The notes beneath the pieces were generated by a model. That model searched no databases, was not told the DNA's origin, and was given only the letters and a program-made list of their open reading frames with translations. The position numbers were made by a program, and so were the translations under genes. A stretch of DNA of 64,000 nucleotides, taken from Polyangiales bacterium. GTDB lineage: Bacteria > Myxococcota_A > Polyangia > Polyangiales > Polyangiaceae. Where the stretch lies: contig JBBRLQ010000006.1 of NCBI GenBank assembly GCA_038231275.1, positions 288,806-352,805 of the forward strand, in the 5' to 3' direction. Shown piece by piece: positions 8,877 through 17,080 of the stretch (within the stretch, counting starts at the first letter, position 1; every line of letters begins with the position of its first letter).

Positions 8877-9752
8877 ATGAGAACCTTCGCGGCGTTGATG
8901 GTGGGGGCTTTGATGGGGACGGCGGGCTGCTCGGCGGCTTCGCAGGAGTCGACGACCGGCGATGACGAGGACGTGATCGCCGCCGATCCGCTCGCGATGC
9001 CGAAACCGATGCTCACGTTCCTGAAGACCCAGAGCTGGGGCTCGCACCACCTCGAGTGGCACACGTCGCGGCAGTGGGATCTGCTCGGCGCGAACGATCA
9101 GGCGTGGGCGAAGAAGCAAGGTTGGGCGCGCGCGAATCTGCAGGAGGGGCAGAAGGGCAACGGCCTGGAGTTCCTCGCGATGCACCGCGTGATGATCCGA
9201 ACGCTGAGCGAAAAATTCCCGGCGGACGCGCACCTCTTCAACGGGTGGAGCGCCGTGCCGACCAGCGCCAAGGATCCGAGCGATCCGATCCCCGCCTCCA
9301 GCACGCCCATCTTCGACCTGCAAAAGGCGAAGGCGATCGACACGCTCGAGAACCACCTCGACACGTTCGCGAGCGACGACGACCTCGGGCTCTTCCTCGA
9401 GACCTCGCTGCGCCCGACGTCGCACGATCCCAGCGCGCGCGCGACCGACAAGGCCGCCGGCATCCACAACTACGTCCACAACCGCTACGCGGACGCGAAA
9501 AGCAAGATCGACATCGGTGATCCGTCGGTGAACCTGCAGAACAAGCGCTTCTGGCGGCTGCACGGCTGGATCGAGTCACGATGGACCGAATATCGCGCGA
9601 TGAAGAAGATGAGCGACACGGATCCGGCGTACGAGGCAGCGATCCAGAAGGCGGAGATGATGCTGAAGCCGGGCCTCAAGGGCGTTGGGGGTGGCGCTCC
9701 GGAGCCGCCGCCCGAGTCGCTTCGCAAGTTCTTCGAGCAAGACGGATCGTAA
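8877..9752 (+). CDS. Type-3 di-copper lipoprotein (hemocyanin/phenoloxidase/tyrosinase-like)
   Basis: Lipobox TAGC; CuA-like HHLEWH...FLAMHR; CuB-like IHNYVH...FWRLHGWIE. Confidence 0.7.
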   Translation: MRTFAALMVGALMGTAGCSAASQESTTGDDEDVIAADPLAMPKPMLTFLKTQSWGSHHLEWHTSRQWDLLGANDQAWAKKQGWARANLQEGQKGNGLEFLAMHRVMIRTLSEKFPADAHLFNGWSAVPTSAKDPSDPIPASSTPIFDLQKAKAIDTLENHLDTFASDDDLGLFLETSLRPTSHDPSARATDKAAGIHNYVHNRYADAKSKIDIGDPSVNLQNKRFWRLHGWIESRWTEYRAMKKMSDTDPAYEAAIQKAEMMLKPGLKGVGGGAPEPPPESLRKFFEQDGS

Positions 9753-9761
9753 GATGGGGCG

Positions 9762-10991
9762 GTGAGCCGCCGCCTCCAATCGCTCGCGCGCCTCGCTGCG
9801 CTGATCGGCGCCGTTGCGTGCTCGCGCGCGTCGCCGAGCTTCGTCCACACGTACGACGCGTACGACGGGGGCGCGCCCTACCCGAACGTCCGACCCAAGC
9901 TCGCGCTGCCGTCCGGAGACTTCGCGCTGGTGCCGAGCAGCGGCGCGGATCGCCTCGCGCTCGTCGACCTGACGGCCGGCGCTACGACGTTCGCGTCGCC
10001 GGTCGGGCGCGATCCCGTGCGCCTCGACGGGCCGCATCAGATCGTCGCCGATCTGCGGGCGCGTGTCGGGTACCTCGTCATGGCGTACCCGGGCGCGGTC
10101 GCCGCGTCGGGCACGCACTCGCATGGAAATAGCGCATTGCCCGGGTGGGTGCAGGCGATTTCGCTCGAAGATTTTCGGGCGATCGGCGAAGTGCGGCTCG
10201 ATCCAAATCCGGGAGAGCTCGCGCTCTCCGACGACGGGCGGAGGCTCGTCGTCACGCATTTCGATCTCGCGGCCGCGTCCACACCAGGCGCCTCGCTCGA
10301 AGCGCGCCGGGCGACGCTCGCCATCGTGGACCCCGCCGCGATGTTGCCGTCGGACACCCCGGAGCCCGACAAGCTGCTCACGTGCGTCGCGCCGCATGGC
10401 GTCGCGCTGTCGCGCCCCGACGGAAAGACGGCGTACGTCGCGTGCTACGGCGAGGACGCGCTCGCGGTCGTCGACGTCGCCGACGTGCACGCGCCGGTCG
10501 TCCGCGTCCCCCTGGGGCCGGCGGCGACGACGAGCGGGCCCCCCGCGTATGGGCCCTATGGCGTGTCGCTCTCGCCCGACGGGCAGCGCGTCGCGATCGG
10601 GACGATGGACTCGAAGGAGGTGCGCTTCTTCGGCGTGTCGGCCGGCGCGATGGAGGCGCTGGTGATTGCGACACCGGGGGCGGCGTACGTCGCGACGTGG
10701 TCGCTCGACGGCAAGGATCTCTTCGTCCCCACGCAAGGGCAAGATGCGCTCAATGTGTATGATGCAAATACCGGCGCGCCTCTGCGCGCGCGCGTGTTCG
10801 ACGCGGCGACGTGCGTGGCGCCCCTCGAGGTGACGCTGGGGAGCGACGGCGCGACGCTGCACGTCGTTTGCGAAGGGGGCGCGGGGCAAGGGGGCGCGCT
10901 CGTGACGCTCGACCGGTCGACGCTCGCGACGCGCGCGCGTGTCGAGGTAGGCCCGTTCCCCGGTCGCCCGTTCGTGGGGCGCGGGCCATGA
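9762..10991 (+). CDS. YVTN/YncE-like beta-propeller lipoprotein
   Basis: Lipobox AVAC; repeated P.G..LS.DG blades (PGELALSDDG, PHGVALSRPDG, PYGVSLSPDG). Confidence 0.8.
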   Translation: MSRRLQSLARLAALIGAVACSRASPSFVHTYDAYDGGAPYPNVRPKLALPSGDFALVPSSGADRLALVDLTAGATTFASPVGRDPVRLDGPHQIVADLRARVGYLVMAYPGAVAASGTHSHGNSALPGWVQAISLEDFRAIGEVRLDPNPGELALSDDGRRLVVTHFDLAAASTPGASLEARRATLAIVDPAAMLPSDTPEPDKLLTCVAPHGVALSRPDGKTAYVACYGEDALAVVDVADVHAPVVRVPLGPAATTSGPPAYGPYGVSLSPDGQRVAIGTMDSKEVRFFGVSAGAMEALVIATPGAAYVATWSLDGKDLFVPTQGQDALNVYDANTGAPLRARVFDAATCVAPLEVTLGSDGATLHVVCEGGAGQGGALVTLDRSTLATRARVEVGPFPGRPFVGRGP

Positions 10992-11701
10992 GGCGCGCCG
11001 CGTACTGCGTCGCCGCCTGCGCCGGGCTCATCGCCTGCACCCAGGGCGAGGGCACCCAGATCGTCCACGGCTCCGCCGTCGATCACGGCCGCGCGCTCTT
11101 CGAGGACCCCAAAGCCTCGCCGAGCGCGAGCAATGCGTTCTCGTGCGCGACGTGCCATCCGTCGGGCGGCGCGCCCGAACGCGTCTTTGCTGGCGCCAGC
11201 CTCGCCGGCGCGACTGCGCGCGCGACGTTCTGGGGTGGCGCGCGCGTCGATCTGCTCGAATCGATCAACGACTGCCGCCGGCTCTTCATGGACGCGCCGG
11301 CGCCGTGGGTCGCGGGCGACGAAGAGGCGCGCGCGATGTACGCGTATCTCGCGAGCCTGGCGGGCGGTGGCGATCCATTGCCGTTCACGTTCGTTCGCGC
11401 CTCACCCGACGTCGCTGCTGGCGACCCCGCGATGGGGCGAAGCATCTACGCGCGCGCGTGCGCCACCTGCCACGGCAGCGCGCACGACGGCGCCGGGCGC
11501 CTCGTCGACTTCGCGCCGCGCTTGCCCGACGACGTGAACGCGTCGCACGCCGCCCTGTCGCCGGCGGAGCGCCGTCTCGTGTTCTTGCGCAAGGCGCGCG
11601 AGGGGGCGTTCGTCGGCGCCGCCGGCTCGATGCCGCCGTTCTCGCGCGAGGTGCTGCCCGACGTGGATCTCGGCGCCCTCCTCGCATTTCTTGGGCAGTA
11701 A
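10988..11701 (+). CDS. Dihaem c-type cytochrome lipoprotein, TsdA/SoxA-like
   Basis: ATGA overlap; lipobox LIAC; two CATCH motifs; SINDC..FM and GSMPPF. Confidence 0.8.
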   Translation: MRRAAYCVAACAGLIACTQGEGTQIVHGSAVDHGRALFEDPKASPSASNAFSCATCHPSGGAPERVFAGASLAGATARATFWGGARVDLLESINDCRRLFMDAPAPWVAGDEEARAMYAYLASLAGGGDPLPFTFVRASPDVAAGDPAMGRSIYARACATCHGSAHDGAGRLVDFAPRLPDDVNASHAALSPAERRLVFLRKAREGAFVGAAGSMPPFSREVLPDVDLGALLAFLGQ

Positions 11702-11709
11702 CGCGGCGT

Positions 11710-11972
11710 GGCGCGCCGGACGGGGCTACGCTTCGCCAAATGAGACGGAGCCCTCTCCCTCTCGTCGGGTCCGCGCTCCGTGTAGGCGAAGCTAGCGGGA
11801 TCCGCGCGTCAAGCGGCACCGCAGGGCACTCGGCGTCAGACGCCGAACGAGCGAACTCCGTCACGCGTCGAACTCAGGCGAGAACGACACCCCCTTCTTC
11901 CCCGCCGTGCTCCCGCACGGCTTCGCCGCAAGGCGAACGCGGGGAGGCTCGAACGTGCAGCGTTCGAGGGGG
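11710..11972. other. Highly structured intergenic region (candidate ncRNA or REP-like cluster)
   Basis: Long interrupted hairpin at 11710-11810, short hairpin at 11830-11846, multibranch structure at 11890-11972. Confidence 0.5.
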
Positions 11973-11991
11973 ACGCAGTCTCCACCAGCAC

Positions 11992-12026
11992 AAAAACCGA
12001 CTGGACTCGCCCGAAAGGGCGAGTCC
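11992..12026 (-). terminator. Likely intrinsic terminator downstream of tRNA-Pro
   Basis: GGACTCGCCC-GAAA-GGGCGAGTCC (12003-12026), followed on the minus strand by AGTCGGTTTTT. Confidence 0.65.
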
Positions 12027-12029
12027 TAG

Positions 12030-12103
12030 TCGGGGAGGCGGGATTTGAACCCGCGACAACGAGCACCCAAAGCTCGTGCACTACCGGACTGTGCGACTCC
12101 CCG
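12030..12103 (-). tRNA. tRNA-Pro (TGG); CCA not encoded
   Basis: Reverse complement CGGGGAGTCGCACAGTCCGGTAGTGCACGAGCTTTGGGTGCTCGTTGTCGCGGGTTCAAATCCCGCCTCCCCGA folds as a cloverleaf. Confidence 0.95.
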
Positions 12104-12147
12104 GATTCACGTGACTCGAACCCCCTCCTCATAGCACAGCCGGCACG

Positions 12148-13413
12148 CTACGGCCCCGGCAGCCAGACCAGCCCGACGAACGTGGCCGACGGCACCGTCG
12201 CCGCTGCGCCGGTCCGGGACAGCGTGCCCGTCGTCGGGTCCACGGCGAACGTCGTGATCGTCCCGGAGCCTTGATTTGCCGCGTAAAGTAGCGATCCCGC
12301 GAGGTCGAGCGCGAAGCTCCGCGGCGTCGTCCCGCCGGTCTTCGTGTGGCCTTTGAGGGTCAGCTTTCCGACCGCCGGATCCACGGCGAAGACCGCGATG
12401 CTGTCGTCGCCGCGGTTCGACGCGTAGACGAACGCGCCGGTCGGGTGGACCCACACCTCGGCGCCGGTGTTCGATCCCGAGAAGCCGACCGGGAGCGTCG
12501 ACACGGTGGCGAGCGGCTTGAGGGTGCCCGTCGCGGCGTTGAGGCCGTACGCCGTGAGCGAGCTCGTCTTCTCGTTGATCACGTATGCGTGCTCGCCGTC
12601 CGGATGAAACGCGATGTGGCGTGGGCCGGCGCCTGCCGCGGTCGCGATCGTCGGCGTCGCGTTCGGCGTGAGCTTGCCGGTCTTGTCGTCGAACAAGAAC
12701 TGCGCGACGTAGTCGGCGCCGAGGCACGGGACGTACACGTACGCGTTCGACGGATCGGTCGCGATCATGTGCGCGTTCGCGCCGACCGTGCGTGTGTCGG
12801 ACGGCGGGCCGAGCTTGCCGTCGGCGAGGATCGGAAAGACCGCGACGGTGCCGTCTCCATAGTTCGCGACCATGACCCACTGGCCCGTCGCGTCGACCGA
12901 CACGAACGCAGGACCATTGCCCTGCGACGACACGCCACCGAGGTACGTTAGCGCGCCGCTGCCCGGATCGATCGCATACGCGCCGACGCGGCCTGCCGTG
13001 GACTCGCCGACCGCGTACAGGTGCGTGCCGCCCGGACGGATCGCGAGGAACGACGGGCTCGGATCGCCGGCCGCGAGCTTGCCCTTCGACGTCAGCGCGC
13101 CGCTCGTCGGATCGGCTTGAAATACCGAGAGATCGGCGCCGTACCCGCTCGCGAACAAAGTGAGTAAGCCTCGAGGCGGCGGCGCGGAGTCCCTTCCCGC
13201 GCGCGCGTCGGTCTTGCCGCTGTCGAGGCCCGCGTCGTCGAGAACGGATCCGTCGGGTGTGTCGCCGGTGTCGTTCGCGATCGAGGCGTCGAGCGGCGTC
13301 GCTCCACCGGAGTCGCCGCTCGAGCCGCACGCCTCCGTGACGATCGCGACGAACCCGGCCAACGCGACCGAGGCGAACGGCACGACGAATGGACGAAACC
13401 TCACGAACCTCAC
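12148..13413 (-). CDS. Lactonase family (6-phosphogluconolactonase-like) beta-propeller lipoprotein
   Basis: PSFLA, VANYGDG, AHMI..DP, GAGPRHIAFHP, YASNRGDDSI, PRSFALD. Confidence 0.9.
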   Translation of the reverse strand: MRFVRFRPFVVPFASVALAGFVAIVTEACGSSGDSGGATPLDASIANDTGDTPDGSVLDDAGLDSGKTDARAGRDSAPPPRGLLTLFASGYGADLSVFQADPTSGALTSKGKLAAGDPSPSFLAIRPGGTHLYAVGESTAGRVGAYAIDPGSGALTYLGGVSSQGNGPAFVSVDATGQWVMVANYGDGTVAVFPILADGKLGPPSDTRTVGANAHMIATDPSNAYVYVPCLGADYVAQFLFDDKTGKLTPNATPTIATAAGAGPRHIAFHPDGEHAYVINEKTSSLTAYGLNAATGTLKPLATVSTLPVGFSGSNTGAEVWVHPTGAFVYASNRGDDSIAVFAVDPAVGKLTLKGHTKTGGTTPRSFALDLAGSLLYAANQGSGTITTFAVDPTTGTLSRTGAAATVPSATFVGLVWLPGP

Positions 13414-13429
13414 CCAGGCAGCGTAGCCG

Positions 13430-14101
13430 TCACGTCCCGCTGGGCAAGCGAATCGGGCACGAGTGCGTGCCGGTCTTCTCGTCGTACTGCTGGTGGTACT
13501 CCTCGGCCTTCCAGAACGCGCCGATCGGCGCGATGCGCGTCACGATCGTCTTGGACCGGGTGGCCTGCTCGCGGACGATCGCGGCGCGCGCGACGTTGGC
13601 TTGCGCCTCCGAGAACGTGAAGACGCCGCTCCGGTACTGATCGCCGACGTCGGGGCCTTGGCGGTTCATCGTGGTCGGATCGTGGTTCTTGAAGAAGACC
13701 GAGAGGAGCGCGTCGTAGCTGACCTTGGTGGGATCGAACTCGACGAGGACCGCCTCGGCGTGGCCCGTGGTGTGCGTGCACACGTCCTCGTAGCTCGGGT
13801 TGGTGGTGTGGCCGGCGGTGTAGCCGACCGAGGTCGCGACGACGCCGGGGACTTGCCGGAAGAGATCTTCGGTCCCCCAAAAGCAGCCGCCCGCGAACGC
13901 CGCGAGCTCGTCGCCGGGGCGCGGCGTGAGGGGCGTGCCCTTGCCGACGCCGCCGGGATCGGTGCCGAGCTTCACCTTCGGTGCGGTCGCGGTCATGGAG
14001 GCCATCTCCTGCTTTTCGGGCGCGCGATCTGGCTTTGCGTCGGCACCGACCGTACGGCAACCCGCGAGAAGCATGAGAATCGGAGCGATGTAGCGCGTCA
14101 T
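13430..14101 (-). CDS. msrA: Peptide-methionine (S)-S-oxide reductase with lipoprotein signal
   Basis: AGGCFWGTE, TGHAEAV, HDPT..NRQGPDVGDQYRS, AEEYHQQY; lipobox LAGC. Confidence 0.95.
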   Translation of the reverse strand: MTRYIAPILMLLAGCRTVGADAKPDRAPEKQEMASMTATAPKVKLGTDPGGVGKGTPLTPRPGDELAAFAGGCFWGTEDLFRQVPGVVATSVGYTAGHTTNPSYEDVCTHTTGHAEAVLVEFDPTKVSYDALLSVFFKNHDPTTMNRQGPDVGDQYRSGVFTFSEAQANVARAAIVREQATRSKTIVTRIAPIGAFWKAEEYHQQYDEKTGTHSCPIRLPSGT

Positions 14102-14163
14102 GCATGGGATACGCACGGTGCTGCCTCCTGGTTTCGGCCTCTTGATGCTAGCGTGCCCACACC

Positions 14164-15138
14164 ATGCGCGCCGTTCGTTGCCACGAGCTCATCGGGCCTT
14201 CCGGCCTGCGAATCGACGAGTTGCCCGATCCGGTCCCCTCCGCGGGAGAGGTGCTGATCGAGGTGAAAGCAGCGGGGATCAACTTTCCCGATTTGCTCCT
14301 CACGAACGGCAAATACCAGTTCAAGCCGCCGCCCCCCTTCATCCCGGGCGGCGAGGCGTCGGGGATCGTCCGCGGCGTCGGCGCGGGCGTCACGTCGCTC
14401 GCGGTGGGCGATCGCGTCGCGACCACGCTCATCCACGGCGCCTTCGCCGAGAAGCTCGTCACGCCGGAGCTCGCGACCGTGAAGCTGCCCGACGCCGTCC
14501 CGTTCGATGTCGGCGCCGCGACCCTCCTCACGTACGCGACGACCATCCACGCGCTCGTCGATCGCGCGAACCTCCAGAAGGGCGAGACGCTGCTGGTCCT
14601 CGGCGCGGCGGGCGGCGTCGGCGTGGCGGCGATCGAGCTCGGCAAGCTCCTCGGCGCGCGCGTGATCGCCGCCGCATCGTCGGACGCCAAACTTGCATTC
14701 TGCAAGGAACACGGCGCCGACGAGGTCATCAACTACACGACCGAAGATCTGAAGGAGCGCGTGAAGGCGCTCACCTCCGGCAACGGCGCGAACGTCATCT
14801 ACGATCCGGTCGGCGGCCCGTACGCCGAGCCGGCCCTCCGCGCGATCGCGTGGGAGGGCCGCTACCTCGTCGTCGGCTTCGCGGCGGGCGACATCCCCAA
14901 GATCCCGCTCAACCTCACGCTCCTCAAGGGCTGCCAGATCGTCGGCGTCTTCTGGGGCCAGTTCGTGATGCGCCACCCCGACAGGAATCGCGCGAACGCG
15001 GCGCGCATCTTCGGGTGGGTCACCGAAGGAAAGCTCACGCCGCACGTCGCCCAGACGTTCCCCTTCGCGCAAGCGAAGGAGGCGCTCGAGAAGGTCGCGC
15101 GGCGCGAGGTGATGGGGAAGCTCGTCCTCGTCCCCTGA
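14164..15138 (+). CDS. NADPH:quinone oxidoreductase family protein (MDR)
   Basis: AAGINFPD, PFIPGGE, LVLGAAGGVG, YDPVGG, GKLVL. Confidence 0.92.
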   Translation: MRAVRCHELIGPSGLRIDELPDPVPSAGEVLIEVKAAGINFPDLLLTNGKYQFKPPPPFIPGGEASGIVRGVGAGVTSLAVGDRVATTLIHGAFAEKLVTPELATVKLPDAVPFDVGAATLLTYATTIHALVDRANLQKGETLLVLGAAGGVGVAAIELGKLLGARVIAAASSDAKLAFCKEHGADEVINYTTEDLKERVKALTSGNGANVIYDPVGGPYAEPALRAIAWEGRYLVVGFAAGDIPKIPLNLTLLKGCQIVGVFWGQFVMRHPDRNRANAARIFGWVTEGKLTPHVAQTFPFAQAKEALEKVARREVMGKLVLVP

Positions 15139-15162
15139 ACGAGCCGCCGAAAATGCCTCGCG

Positions 15163-16035
15163 CTACACCTTCGGCGGGCGCTTTCGGATGAGACCTTCCT
15201 GCGCGGTCGACGCGACGAGGCGCCCATCCCGAGTGAAGACGCGCCCGCGCACGAGGCCGCGCGCGCCGCTCGCCGCGGGGCTGTCCATCGCGTAGAGCAG
15301 CCACTCGTCCACGCGCACCGGCTGGTGGAACCACATCACGTGATCGAGGCTCGCGACCTGCATCCCGCGCGAGACCCACGAAACGCCGTGCGGCAGGAGC
15401 GACGTCGTCACGAAGGCGTGATCGGACATGTACGCGAGGAGGTAGCGATGCAGCGCAGGATCGTCGGGAAGCTTGCCGACGGTGCGGATCCAGAGCATGC
15501 GCTGCGGCGCGCGCGGTTTGGGGGCGAAGGGATCTTCGTCCCACTCGACGGGGCGCACCTCGAACGGGCGCTCGGCGGTCGCGCGTAGCCGGAACGCTTC
15601 GGGGATCTGCTGGAGGCTCACGCGGATGCGCTCCTGCTCGGTGGGGAGCTGGTCGGGCGGCGGCGCGGCCGGCATTTCGTCTTGGTGCGTGAACCCGTCC
15701 TCGTGAATCTGGAACGACGCGGCGAGGTTGAAGATCGGCGCGCCGTTCTGGATGGCGACGACCCGACGCGTCGTGAACGAGCCGCCGTCGCGGATGCGGT
15801 CGACGTCGTAGACGATGGGCTTCTTCACGTCGCCGGGGCGGAGAAAATACGCGTGGAGCGAGTGGACCTGGCGCTCGGGAGGCACCGTCTGCACCGCCGC
15901 CGAAAGCGCTTGCCCGAGCACTTGCCCGCCGAAGACCGTGCCCCAGCCGAGGTCTTGGCTCTGGCCGCGGAAGAGGTTCTCTTCGATGCGCTCGAGGGCC
16001 AAGAGGGTCACCAGCTCGTCGAGGACGTTCGTCAT
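15163..16035 (-). CDS. tesB: Acyl-CoA thioesterase II
   Basis: FGGQVLGQAL, HSLHAYFLRPG, RDGGSFTTRRV, ASLDHVMWFH, STAQEG. Confidence 0.93.
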   Translation of the reverse strand: MTNVLDELVTLLALERIEENLFRGQSQDLGWGTVFGGQVLGQALSAAVQTVPPERQVHSLHAYFLRPGDVKKPIVYDVDRIRDGGSFTTRRVVAIQNGAPIFNLAASFQIHEDGFTHQDEMPAAPPPDQLPTEQERIRVSLQQIPEAFRLRATAERPFEVRPVEWDEDPFAPKPRAPQRMLWIRTVGKLPDDPALHRYLLAYMSDHAFVTTSLLPHGVSWVSRGMQVASLDHVMWFHQPVRVDEWLLYAMDSPAASGARGLVRGRVFTRDGRLVASTAQEGLIRKRPPKV

Positions 16036-16059
16036 GCGCTTCTGTGGTAGAGGCGAACG

Positions 16060-17022
16060 ATGCTCTTCGGCAAGTCCAGCCTCCCTGGTGCATTGATCCC
16101 CGTCGTCCTCTTCGCGCTCGCCGCCACGGCCGCGCTCGGGTGCGAATCTCCGAAGAAAGACGCGACGCCCGCGACGCCGGACACGGTGAGCAGCGCCGCG
16201 ACGTCCGCGCCGGGAGCCGGATCCGCCACACCGATCGCGGCCGCCGCGCCCTCCGCCGATCCCAAGGATTTGCCGGCCCCCGCCGACGTCGCCGCCGCGC
16301 CCGCGGACGCCGCGAAGACCGCGTCGGGCCTCGCCTCGAAGGTGCTCACGCCGGGCACCGGGAAGGATCACCCCGGCCCGCACGACAAAGTGAAGGTGCA
16401 CTACACGGGCTGGACCAAGGGCGGCAAAATGTTCGACAGCTCCGTCACGCGCGGCGAGCCGATCAGCTTCCCGCTCGACGGCGTCATCCCCGGCTGGACC
16501 GAAGGGCTCCAGCTCATGGTCGCGGGCGAGAAGCGCCGCCTCTGGATCCCGTCGTCGCTCGCGTACGGCGAAAAGCCGCGCAACGGCGCGCCGGGCGGCG
16601 ATCTCGTGTTCGACGTCGAGCTGATCGAGATCAAGCTGGCGCCGAAGCCGCCGGCGGTCCCCGACGACGTGAAGGCCGCCCCCGCGACGGCGAAGAAGAC
16701 GGCCAGCGGCCTCCAGTACCGCGTGCTCAAGGCCGGCACCGGACAGGAGCACCCGACGGCGAGCAGCAACGTCACGGTGCACTACTCGGGCTGGACTCCG
16801 GACGGAAAAATGTTCGACAGCTCCGTCACGCGCGACGAGCCGACGAGCTTCCGTCTCAGCAACGTCATCAAGGGTTGGACCGAGGGCGTGCAGCTCATGG
16901 TCGTCGGCGAAAAGACACGCTTCTGGATCCCGGGTGCGCTCGCCTATGGCGACAAGCCCACGCGTCCGGGCGCGCCCGCAGGTCCGCTCGTCTTCGACGT
17001 CGAGCTGATCTCGTTCAAGTGA
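16060..17022 (+). CDS. FKBP-type peptidyl-prolyl isomerase lipoprotein with two FKBP domains
   Basis: Two copies of VHY[TS]GWT..GKMFDSS...VI.GWTEG.QLM..GEK.R.WIP..LAYG...LVFDVEL. Confidence 0.93.
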   Translation: MLFGKSSLPGALIPVVLFALAATAALGCESPKKDATPATPDTVSSAATSAPGAGSATPIAAAAPSADPKDLPAPADVAAAPADAAKTASGLASKVLTPGTGKDHPGPHDKVKVHYTGWTKGGKMFDSSVTRGEPISFPLDGVIPGWTEGLQLMVAGEKRRLWIPSSLAYGEKPRNGAPGGDLVFDVELIEIKLAPKPPAVPDDVKAAPATAKKTASGLQYRVLKAGTGQEHPTASSNVTVHYSGWTPDGKMFDSSVTRDEPTSFRLSNVIKGWTEGVQLMVVGEKTRFWIPGALAYGDKPTRPGAPAGPLVFDVELISFK

Positions 17023-17080
17023 TCGAGAGACGCCATGCGAATGCGTCCGCACACCTCTTTCGCGATGATCTCGTGAAGCG

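Noticed and set aside
11710-11810. Possible 6S RNA or SRP RNA
   Set aside because: Too short and lacks the central bubble of 6S; no SRP GGAA-loop motif recognised; kept only as an unassigned structure
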